A stretch of DNA of 34,409 bases, from contig JTLS01000076.1 of assembly GCA_000826855.1 (NCBI GenBank), positions 1 to 34,409 of the forward strand, written 5' to 3'. The translations under genes and the position numbers were made by a program. This document shows positions 12,501-22,036 of the stretch, piece by piece. Each line of letters opens with the position of its first letter. Positions within the stretch are counted from its first letter, which is position 1. A model generated the notes under the pieces. The model was not told the DNA's origin, searched no databases, and saw only the letters and a list, made by a program, of their open reading frames with translations. The stretch is from Basidioascus undulatus. Taxonomy: Eukaryota.

Positions 12501-12898
12501 GCGCTCCTTCGGCGGGGCAGTGTTGCCGTTCACCAAGCCAGCCCAGCCCTCGCGAATGACGAAGGTCTCGCAGCCACTGTGAAGGGGGGCAAAGTCAGAA
12601 CTTATATGCACAGGTGCATTCCCGCGTTCAGAGCTCCATGTCCCAAAGATCGCTCTTGATCTCGCCCGGTGCGAAGCGTTATCTACTCACCGGTACAAGC
12701 CCATCTTGACCACGGCGCGGACAGCAGCATTCATACCTGTGTCGCTCGTCGACATCAGCCGTTTCCCTAGACTCCCCGCCTCGATAAGAGCCGCCTACCA
12801 GCGCTGTCACCACCGCTGGTCATGACGGCCAGCTTGCGCGGGGCAGAGCGACCATCGTGGTCCTGGGTGTGGGGGGAGTGCAGGGGCGTGGAGAGCAT
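9522..12898 (-). CDS. PFK1: ATP-dependent 6-phosphofructokinase (eukaryotic two-half type), 14 exons
   Basis: ATG 12898 ([10 protein letters not shown]...[23 protein letters not shown]); motifs [48 protein letters not shown]-terminal half [50 protein letters not shown]; stop TAA 9522-9524. All introns GT-AG. Confidence 0.96.
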
Positions 12899-14491
12899 TT
12901 GTCGTGTAGATTTGGATGGTCGTTCAAGTGGTCGTGGTGGTCGTGATTAAAGGAGGAATCAATGTGGAATATAGGGGCCGTTGGGTGGGAGTGTTGGAGA
13001 TTGATGGGGATGAGGCAGGAAGGGATGAGGAGCCCTCCGAAAAGGAAGACAGAGCCCATCGATTTGAAGTGACGCATTCTGTGCGGGGAAGACGCCTAAT
13101 CGGCCACGCCGACCGAAAGGGGATTTCTTCGACTTGCCTTCCATGGTCATTCTCCCAAATCTTGCAGATCATTTCTAACCGCACGGGTATGATTCGAGAA
13201 CAAGAATCGTTGCGGCGGTATTGGGCGAAAATGTGCATCTTCTATTCATAAGGTCGTTACCTGCCCTGCAAAAACCACAGCGATGTTGATTTCGATACTA
13301 CTTGTCGTTGGTCCTCTCCGCTCAGCTACCTAATTTACCATGACACCGTAATTGCAATGGAAACCGAAAGTATCAAATCTCCTTTGCCATCCGCGCATGC
13401 AAGACGGCCCATAGCACTCAGGTTTTCAAACGGCGAAGAAATGCATCAATCACATCTGATCATACGAATGCTCCCAGCTCGTCGCCCCCATCAGCCTAAC
13501 CCCATTCTCTCATCAAGTCAGCCCTGTCTCTGTCCTCACCTGAGAGCCGGGGACTCACATGAAGCTCTCATACGGCACCTCGTCCCCATCCAGCGCAACC
13601 TCAAACGTCTGCACTTCGCTGTATCTCCACGGGAATGGGAGGTGAGGTGTCCAGGCAGGCGAGTATGGCATATTCTGGACTGCTCCAAGCCACCTTTGTT
13701 CGTTTGACGAATTGGATGATATCAACATGGATATCTACATATTGATTGAAATGCGATAGAAGACCTCACTGAGTTCGAGGACTTGAAGTGCTTCACCAGA
13801 GAAGGCTGAGGCCTCTATTATAATACAGTCGAGGCGCTGCTCCAGTAAGACTGAAAAGCTCGTCCGCCTGTTGATGAGGTACCCCAGTGTGGGTCTTGCT
13901 GTGAACTGACTGAAGGGCAGTGAGGCTCCTCAGTGCAGCTACTTCTAGGGCCGGTGGCATTCTACGTCTTCGAAGTGGGTAGGACTCTACTCGTTGGAAC
14001 TGGAAGGGATGCCAAATTTCCAAACTCTGGTGGATCCGCTGCCGCGCGGCCCTGTTAAGGACCTCCAAGGGGCTTGGGGTGCCCGGAGGGGATAACGTCA
14101 GGTAAGGTACTTTCTGAAGAGCGCCTTCTGAAGAGCGCATCCGGGAGCAGCCGGAAGGCGGGACCGTGTGGCACAAGATCTGTTCATAACAATCATGAAG
14201 GCGCGAGGCAGTGTTGCGGTGTAAGCTAGTAAATGATCAACATGGCGGCGACGTAGATCTCAGGGCGCTCCGTTCGAAGATGTGCAGCGCAGGTGCAGTG
14301 CAGCACGCCCCCATTGCAAATAGATGCAGTCCATACATCGCCCACTCTACAGCAGCTCCTCCGGCGGGTATTCCCAAGAGTGCCAGACATGCACCTGCTC
14401 AGTCGGCGCCACGAGGTCGTCTTCCCGTACGAACAGCGTCAGAGCGTCAGGGAAACGACCCGTCCGCGCGTCTCCTCTGCGCCTTATGATA

Positions 14492-15120
14492 CTACTTATC
14501 CTTCAACCCCAGCTCCTTCGCCACACCCGGCTCAACAACCCACACCCTCCTCGCCCCTCCACCGTCCTCCCCGGCGAGCTTCGCGCGCTCAAAGGGAACG
14601 CGCAAGACCGCCTGCCTAATGCGCCCGGGGGGTGACCATCCCTTGGGGTCGTAGACGTCTCCCGGACCCTCGATCCCTCTTGGCGGATCTCAAAGAGCGG
14701 CACGCCCATGAACTCGAGCTCGTGGAGGAGCACGTCCGCCTGACGCGGCGGGACACGAAGCGCTTCGTCCGGGTAGTCCTCGGCGTCGTCGCCTTGCGCC
14801 TGGGCGACAAAAAGGACCGTGCCGTCCGAGCGCGTGCGCTCGTCCACGACGAGGAAGAAGAGCGGTTTGTAGGGCGAGGTGGGTGAGAGGAAGTGAGTGC
14901 GCGCGTGAGAGCGGATTCGATCGAGGTCCGCGCCGAGGAGGCACGGCTCGCGGACGAAGGAAAGGCGCGCATTGTATACGGCCTCGCGCCCGGAACGGTA
15001 CTGCATGTCGATCCTGTCGAGCATCTCTGGAGGCAAGTCGGCGGAGAGGACGCAGGCGACGACGCGCCGGTCTTCGTTGAGCGCGCGGAGCTCCCTGCCG
15101 GATAGCTCAGAGGTAGACAT
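14492..15120 (-). pseudogene. Intronless DUF6924-like fungal protein gene with an apparent 1-nt frameshift (pseudogene or sequence error)
   Basis: ORF from ATG 15120 contains FFLVVDERTRSDGTVLFV, which resembles the fungal DUF6924-type motif (from memory). After ...EIRQEG the frame turns non-protein-like, while the shifted frame reads IEGPGDVYDPKGWSPPGRIRQAVLRVPFERAKLAGEDGGGARRVWVVEPGVAKELGLKDK to TAG 14492-14494. One extra G in the G run at 14675-14677 restores a 209-aa ORF. Confidence 0.6.
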
Positions 15121-16000
15121 CGTTTGTTGATGAGTGAGAATGCATTGCGGTGGCGCGGCAGTGGAAGACCAGTTTTCAATGTAGAAGGCGGTGACGGGAG
15201 GAGGAAGAGAGCGGCCGTGCAGTGCGCCGGCCAGGAATTAGTGTAATGCGGGCCTCGCTGACCGCCGGCCGCATGTCGGATTCCCAAGGATTTGGGATTT
15301 TTTCTCATCTTTCAACTTAGTCTGCAGACTTGTACCTGCATTTCTAGCACATGGCGGTTCAGATCTATATGCGGCTCACTGGGCTATTAATCGAGGTTGC
15401 CAAGGAGGTGCACGCAATTCTGTCACTACGGTGAAACGCTCGTCGTCAGCCTGAGACTGGTGTTTATGCGATCAACGGCAGCCGCCTGCAGCCGCAGATG
15501 ATCGATGCCCAAGCGCCGCCGTCGCTCAGTACAGCGTGTAGCAAAGACCGCGCTGCTTCTCCTGAATGCTTTCCCGCTCGTCGACATCACAAATGTTCAT
15601 GGCCAGCCTTGGTTTTCCTCACCGATCGAAGCAGGCCAAACTCTGATGTTCATGGTGGCTTACTCGAGTAACTTGGTATTACTTACAGTGGTGCAAGGCG
15701 AGCCGCAGATGGGCGTGGTTCGAGGCCTGGGTGGGCTGCGTCGGAGGTGCGTTGCAACTTTTCGGCAGTGTTTGTGAGGAGGTATACCGAGTAAAGGGAC
15801 ATATAAACCCAGACTACTGGTTCTTTTACAGATGAGCGGCCGAATCGGACAGCACTGAATGCTGCGGGCGGGGCTTACCAGCAGGTTGTCTGACTGGGGA
15901 CACGACGGCTCGGATTTCTGTCGTTTCAGAGTTGATGATGCGAATTGATGATGCGAAGATTGACCTACAAGAAAAGCTGAAGACTTTCAAAATGCCAACA

Positions 16001-16301
16001 TTATAGGCGCGGGAGAATGGCCGGTACAGTAGTATGGGGATCAGTTTTGGACGTGGCGATCTCGACGATCTCGCCAGTCGTCGTGGAGGTTGCTGTCCGC
16101 ACGGAGAGCAGGTCAGTCAGAACAGAGAAGAGGACAAGACTAGGGTAAAGGAGGAAAATTACGGCTTGCGCCACCACCGGCGAGCGCCTCATACTCAACC
16201 CGCAGCGAGGCGGGTCCAGGGGTGAGAAGGGGGCGACAGACGAAGAAGTATGTTCGTTGGACGGGTAGACTCACCTTGTTGCTGGCCTTGTAGGTGACCA
16301 T
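16001..16301 (-). pseudogene. Broken inverted paralog of the Hva1/TUDOR-like gene at 20934-21391
   Basis: Same exon layout: MVTYKASNK|gtgagt, VEYEALAGGGAS|gtaatt, TSTTTGEIVEIATSK. The intron 1 acceptor reads CGG instead of CAG. Similarity stops after ...ATSK, a TAA follows at 16001-16003, and the last exon (NDNTGK...Y) is missing. Confidence 0.82.
16047..16089. repeat. 43-nt inverted repeat, copy 1 (42/43 identical to 21130-21172)
   Basis: Reverse complement CCTCCACGACGACTGGCGAGATCGTCGAGATCGCCACGTCCAA versus CCTCCACGACGACAGGCGAGATCGTCGAGATCGCCACGTCCAA at 21130-21172. Confidence 0.95.
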
Positions 16302-16379
16302 TTTGGAAGTGATGTTTGGATGTGGATGTGATTTGTACTGGTAGTGCTCGGGGTTGTGGCTCGTGGGTGAATGAAAGAT

Positions 16380-16405
16380 GTTGAGAGCAAGGACCACCAT
16401 CGCTC
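16380..16405 (-). promoter_or_regulatory. Upstream element shared by the two Hva1-like paralogs, copy 1
   Basis: GAGCGATGGTGGTCCTTGCTCTCAAC, 79 nt before ATG 16301, just downstream of an AATAAAT; 23/26 identical to 20833-20858. Confidence 0.55.
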
Positions 16406-17254
16406 GCAGCTTACGATTTATTCCTCGGCGCGAGTATCAGACGTTGATACAATTCGAATGTCATCGACTGACCTATTCTGGTTAAACAAATACACTGTAT
16501 ACTTCCACGGCACGGAGTGAGGACATGCGGAGGTGATGAGAAACAAGAGAGCGGAGCAGATTGCGTCGGTGAGTGATGGCGTGCAAGCAGTGCGCACAGC
16601 TTGCAATCGCATGTTTTCCTGTAGGTACGGTCTTCTGTACGCGACCTCCTGCGCGCTGATTGCCATGATAGACGTGCTTTAAATAAGAGTCACCTCAATG
16701 TGCGTTGGCAGGGCGCTTGTCCTAAGTCGGCTTCATCATCCAGCGCATGCTAAATTGCGCGGTGCTGCGTTGTTCTACTTCCTACGCAAACCGCACACCC
16801 AGTAGTCATTCTGAAACAGCCAAGAAATCTCAACCCAGTACATGTACAACGATATCGGAGCCAATCAGCGGGAGGACAAGCGAGGGGTCGTGTGCATGTG
16901 TGGGGTGGGGGCGGGGGAGGGCAACACGAACAAGAACAGAGATCTGAGGGGGGGAGGTGGAACAGCAACAGGGTAGGAGTATCAACAGGTGTCACGAAAG
17001 GGAAAGAGGAAGGGTACAGGACAAGACCGTCCGCCGGGGGAGTTGGCGGGTGTGTGTGAAACGTTCGAGTAGTGTGGAGATGAGGGAGGGGGAGGGAGGA
17101 TATCGTCAGGCTCGGGAAGGGATATAAAGCGGGGCTTTGTGAATGAGCCGGAACGAAAGAAAGTGAAATTCGAAAAGCGAAAGCGAAAAGCGAGAAGGGG
17201 TGCGATCGAGTCACTCAAGCGGCGAGGGCTCAGTCACACCCATTGCCACTCCCC

Positions 17255-18644
17255 TCAGACGCCCTTCCTCCTCCGCTTGCCCGCCTGCCCGCCGCTCGCG
17301 CTCGCAGCGCGCTTTGACACGCGGCTGGCCTTGCTCCCGCCGCCGCCGGCCTTGCCCTTGGACAGGGACGCGAACGGCTTGACGTCCTCGTTCTCGAGCT
17401 TGACGGGCGGGGGGAGCGAAGCCGAGAGCCAGAACGGGTTCTTGTCGCTTATGGGCAGGTGCGAGGGGCCCGAGGGGTACACGCCCGTCTTGCGTGACCA
17501 GACGGTCATGAACTAACGCCCACGGCCCACGCGTCAGCCAGGCGCTACGAGGGAGGAGGAAAGGGTGGGGAGGGGAGGGAGAGACGCACCAGTATCCGCT
17601 TCATCTTGCGGTTGTAGAAGAAGTAGTGGCTGCTCCAGAGGAGGCCGCTGCTCCCGTCGCCGTACGCGCTCGGCGCGGCGGAGCGCGTGCTGCGGACGCT
17701 GGGGGCGGGGCTGGGCTCGCGTGCTGCGGCCGCAGCGGCGGCGTCGAACATTCTTCGCGGAACGGCGGTGTGGCTAGGCGTGGGCGGGCCGACGTCCATG
17801 AAGTCGTCGAAGCCGTACGCGAACGGGCCGTCGTCGTCGTCGTCCATCCTGCTGCGGCGTCTTCGCGGCAGGGCGGAGGACCGGTGCGGCGGGGACGCGT
17901 CCTCATCGTCGGTGGAGAAGATCGAGTCCGACACGGACGCGTCGTCGTCGTCTGCGGCAGCGTGCGGGTCGGACGCCTCGTCAGGCGAGTACGAGTAGAC
18001 ATCGCACTCCGCGACGTTGATCACCGAGTCGAGGACGCTCTGCAGCGCGGGGTGCGTGATCCCGCCCGCGGTCGTCGCGCCCGCGTGCGCATGGAGCGCG
18101 TCGACAGCCTCCATTCCCTCCACGGAGACGGACGAGTCCGCGCTGGAGCCGAGGGCGGGGTACGCACCCCAGCTGCGCGGCGCGGTCGCGCCCCCGCGGA
18201 GGCTGAGCAGCGTAAGCCCGAGCCCGTTGAGCACGAGCGCCGCGTTCGGCTCCTTCGTGAACTCCTCGGGCCGCACGTCGGAGAAGTCGTGGTCTGGGAA
18301 TGCGGCGTTCAGCGTCGAGATGAGTAGGTAGAGCGTCTTGCGCGCCGCGGGGACGTCGAGCGGGCCGAAGGGGGAGGTCGAGAACGCGGAGGAGCCGGGA
18401 GGGGAGAAGGCGAGCTCCTCGGCGTAGGCCTTCTCGAGCGACTTGTAGAGCCGCTTCTCTTGCTTGACTGGCTTGCAAGAGTATGCTTCGACTGTGGGTG
18501 GGTGGGGGATGTGGATGAGAGGGAGGAGGAGCAGAGGGGCAGAGGGAGCGTGGACGCACTCCGCGTGGAGACCCGGCATTCGGGGGAGGTGAAGGAAAGC
18601 GCTCTACAGAGCGTCTCGAGCTCTGGTATCTCAAGGTACTTCAT
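17255..18644 (-). CDS. MAF1: Repressor of RNA polymerase III transcription Maf1, 3 coding exons, 414 aa
   Basis: Exons 18644-18560, 18491-17590, 17512-17255. Conserved boxes: MKYLE...RIEAYSCK...EKRLYKSLE; FGPL...RKTLYLLISTLNAAFPDHDFS; IN..ECDVYSYSPD; LLWSSHYFFYNRKMKRILF. Confidence 0.95.
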
Positions 18645-20832
18645 GGGCAGGGGCGAGAGAGAGGAGGGTTCGGAAGATGAGGGGCTATGATCTGGGAGGG
18701 GTGAGGGAGGTGGACAGTGGTCGACGTATCAGTGACTGATCTCCTCCTCGACTGCCTTGTCCCGACTCAGCCAGCAACCACCACCCGCATTCCCACTGCT
18801 TCGCGAAGGCAGAGGAGATGGGAGAGATACCCACTCGGTCGAGATAGGGTCAGTCGTGATCGATGGGCGCGTCCGCTTTGGGAGAAGACGGGTTTGGGTG
18901 GGCGGCTCGAGGTCGGGCGCGCGAGAGAAAGCGACAGAGCGTTGTCGGCGGTGCTGTTGCTGGTGTATCGAAGGGTGACAGCGGCGAAGTCGACGCAGTG
19001 CGGGAGTCGTAAGGGGTGCTGGCTCCATCCCGTCCCGAGTCCACGACATCAGCCTGCGCTCCTTGCCCCGCCCCTCCGCCGCATCCTGGCACTCACAGCT
19101 CGCTGTGCGCAGCGATAACGATAACACTCGCGGCGGTACGCGACGGGTGCTGTGCTGTGCTTGTTGGCCGAGGGCGACGCGGGGCGCGGGGGGGCGGTAC
19201 CTGGCGTTGTGATGTGATGAGGGCGAGGGGTTGCGCGCGCGGGCGAGGGCGGGCGGGGGCAAGCTACTGGCAATGATAACAAATAGCCCCCTGGCCTCGC
19301 TGGTCAGTCACTCTCATCACGTCGCTGCAGCCCTCGCTTCTGGTCACCTTGAAAATGCGGGTGCTCGTTAATAGAAACGGCGAGGGCGGCGGTGTTGATG
19401 ATGAGGGCAGGATCGGAGCAATGGAACGATGAGGCGAGGCAGATGATCATCACAATAGTCAGCCGCGGCACGAGCGCACGATCATTTTTTGTTCTGAGGC
19501 TTGCGGGGTGCACCGAGCGGCACGCTGCAATTGGTTAAAGCTGGTATACTGGACTTGGCTGCCAATTGCTAGGCTTAGGGAGGCGCGTGAGGTATAGCAG
19601 AAGGAGCACGTGTAGATAGGGTGGGAAGGGTCAATGTGCATGTGCATGGCAGAGCTAGAGAGAAGCCTGTGGTATCGTGATGTTGGGGACAACATCTGCG
19701 GCGACCCGCTGAGAAAGGCTCGGTCGACAGCCGTTTATTGCAATTTAATTATCGGCACAGAGCCCGTTCAAAAGTCTGAGGAAGATCTCATCCTTGATTT
19801 ACTCCAGGCACTTGCGAGAGCCGGTACCTGTGTAACGACGCGGACGACGTCTTCTCTCCCTGGCAGAAGTCCGGGATCCTCATTATCCAGTGAAAGTTGC
19901 CTGGACAATCTCATTTCTTGGTCTCCGATCTTCAATAAGAATCATACTGCGAATTACCTTTGGTATTAGCACCCAGTCGCACGAGCGCGTCTGAGGCTGC
20001 TGAAGTCCTGCGGTCATCACGTCTCCACGGCTGTCAGGCCACTGCAGGCGCTTCCAAAGTGCCACTTCGACCCCGAGAATCTCCTCCAAAGTACGAAAAC
20101 TAGTACTTTCTAATTCAAGGATATAGGACGAACCTTTATATCGATATCCAACTCTTGCCGATGGAGAGCTCGAGACACTCCCTGCAGCATCGTCTGTTGG
20201 CGAACACGCGGCTGCCGGTTGGGAAACCATGCTGTCTGGCATTCGTAGATAGTAAGGAATCGCAAATGTTTAGTAACGGATGTCTTTTGAGTTGTGTTAC
20301 GTATTTACCTTTTCCTACCGGCCAATGCATGCGGATTCGTTGGTTACCTAGCATGCCTGAGAACTTCGCAGGGAGCAGGATATGCGATGTCTCGCCAAGC
20401 TTCTACTCAAAAGGTGACAGTTTTGCTCCTTTATGGCTGCGAAGAACTCTCAACCTGGAATAACTGTGATCAGTTTCTGCAAGAGTCTTCCTCGTCCCGG
20501 GAGCTGAAGGGACTGGGGCATGATCCGCCGCGTGCACCCCTTCGCTACCGTTATCATTTACATTGCAAATCACCGTCAAACCAAGCACTAGCACTATTCT
20601 TCGACCTCAACCCATTCATAACACGCCTTCCGCCATGCATGGCTGCCACAAGCACGCTTTAGCGAATTCTGCAACGGACGCCGCCTTCTCCGCTCCCCCG
20701 TTTATGCTGCCTCCGTTGTGACATTTGCTTGCGTATCATCCTTTTAGGACGGATCCAGAGTGGTATATGACGTTGATATTGTGTCAATATTTGATCCTCT
20801 GCGCGACCCAGGGTACATAAAGTGCAGACACA

Positions 20833-20858
20833 GAGCGACGGTGGGGCTTGCTCTCAAC
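20833..20858 (+). promoter_or_regulatory. Upstream element shared by the two Hva1-like paralogs, copy 2
   Basis: GAGCGACGGTGGGGCTTGCTCTCAAC, 76 nt before ATG 20934, just downstream of a TATA-like TACATAAA. Confidence 0.55.
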
Positions 20859-20933
20859 CACCACGCTCTTTCCGCCAGAAGCCCCAACGACACAAGCAGA
20901 ACCACCCATCCCTCAATCACTATCACTACAGAA

Positions 20934-21391
20934 ATGGTCTCCCAGAAGTACCAGGTTGGCGACAAGGTGAGTTTGCTCGGCAATGCCACGTACCCCTCCG
21001 AAACTTACTCTTCTTTGCAAGGTCGAGTATGCTCAGATCGGCGAAAATGCGTCCGGTGGGTCACACTCCTTTCGTCAATCTACACCTTCCCTTCCTCCCT
21101 GAATCCTCCGATATTTTTTCCAGACGTCGCCTCCACGACGACAGGCGAGATCGTCGAGATCGCCACGTCCAACACGGAGGCGGGCAAGCCGGGCATGACG
21201 GCGCACGCGACCGAGGAGGAGCCGCGCTACAAGATCAAGGTGGGTCCTTCCCTCAGTCTTTGAAGACAGAAGTGGGGGTTTTTGATGGAGAGACGGACAG
21301 TACTGATCTACTTGAGGACTGGCGGAGATAGAACGACAACACGGGCAAGGTCACTGCGTACAAGGAGCAGAACATCTTGAAGAAGCTTTGA
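20934..21391 (+). CDS. Small Hva1/TUDOR-like (DUF2945-type) protein, 4 exons, 80 aa
   Basis: Exons 20934-20966, 21022-21055, 21124-21239, 21332-21391 give MVSQKYQVGDKVEYAQIGENASDVASTTTGEIVEIATSNTEAGKPGMTAHATEEEPRYKIKNDNTGKVTAYKEQNILKKL. The pattern YxVGDKV...G.I.EI...A.EEEPRY.I.NDNTGK..AYKE.NI matches the fungal hypervirulence-associated TUDOR family. Confidence 0.88.
21130..21172. repeat. 43-nt inverted repeat, copy 2
   Basis: Partner of 16047-16089; lies in exon 3 of the Hva1-like gene. Confidence 0.95.
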
Positions 21392-22036
21392 AGAGATTGG
21401 GAGGAGTCGACTTGGACGGTTGAGATATTTTGCACGAAATTGAAATAGGTCTACCACTTCCGAGGATCGGGGGACTGTTCACGGCGAAAGAGCGACTGCA
21501 AGTCAAGTTACCGCGTTCGGGCTGCAGAAAGAAAGCCGTTTGGTTCAACGCACCTTCTGCAGTAACCCCCGAGTTGTTCGTAACCAGCGATAATGCATGC
21601 ATTCCAATGTATGTACCACCGGTGGGTTGAGTAGACCGCGGGAGGACTCCCCATCCGTATACAACACTGGAAACTGGCTTGTACGGCCAGCTTCAAAGCT
21701 TGGCAGTCTGATGGCCGTGGTCGGCTACTTCGCCTACCTCGCCCACGCCATCCGGGTATTTACATTCCACATTATTGTTGCCATTGAAGAACGATGAACC
21801 GCACCAGTCGACTATCCGAATCGTGCGGCGCCGCGCCGAAGACGCACCGGCGAGATGACGCGAGCGCCTTGATAAGCGAGCGGCATTCTTCCCGCTTGCT
21901 GACGACTCCTCTCCTCATCATCCTCGCATCCTCATCGCACTGACGCTCTCCTTACTCTCGTTTCCCTCTTAAATCCCCTCCCAAATCTTTCTCTCAAAGT
22001 TTCACTAACCTCCGTTCCTCGCTCGCTCGAACGTGC

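Noticed and set aside
15932..15980. Tandem TTGATGATGCGAA x2 with a downstream CTGA, resembling C/D box snoRNA motifs
   Set aside because: C-to-D spacing is under 50 nt, with no terminal stem or recognisable rRNA guide; treated as a small local duplication.
139..18644. tRNA gene and the Pol III repressor MAF1 in the same window
   Set aside because: They are 17 kb apart and tRNA genes are dispersed; no evidence of a link.
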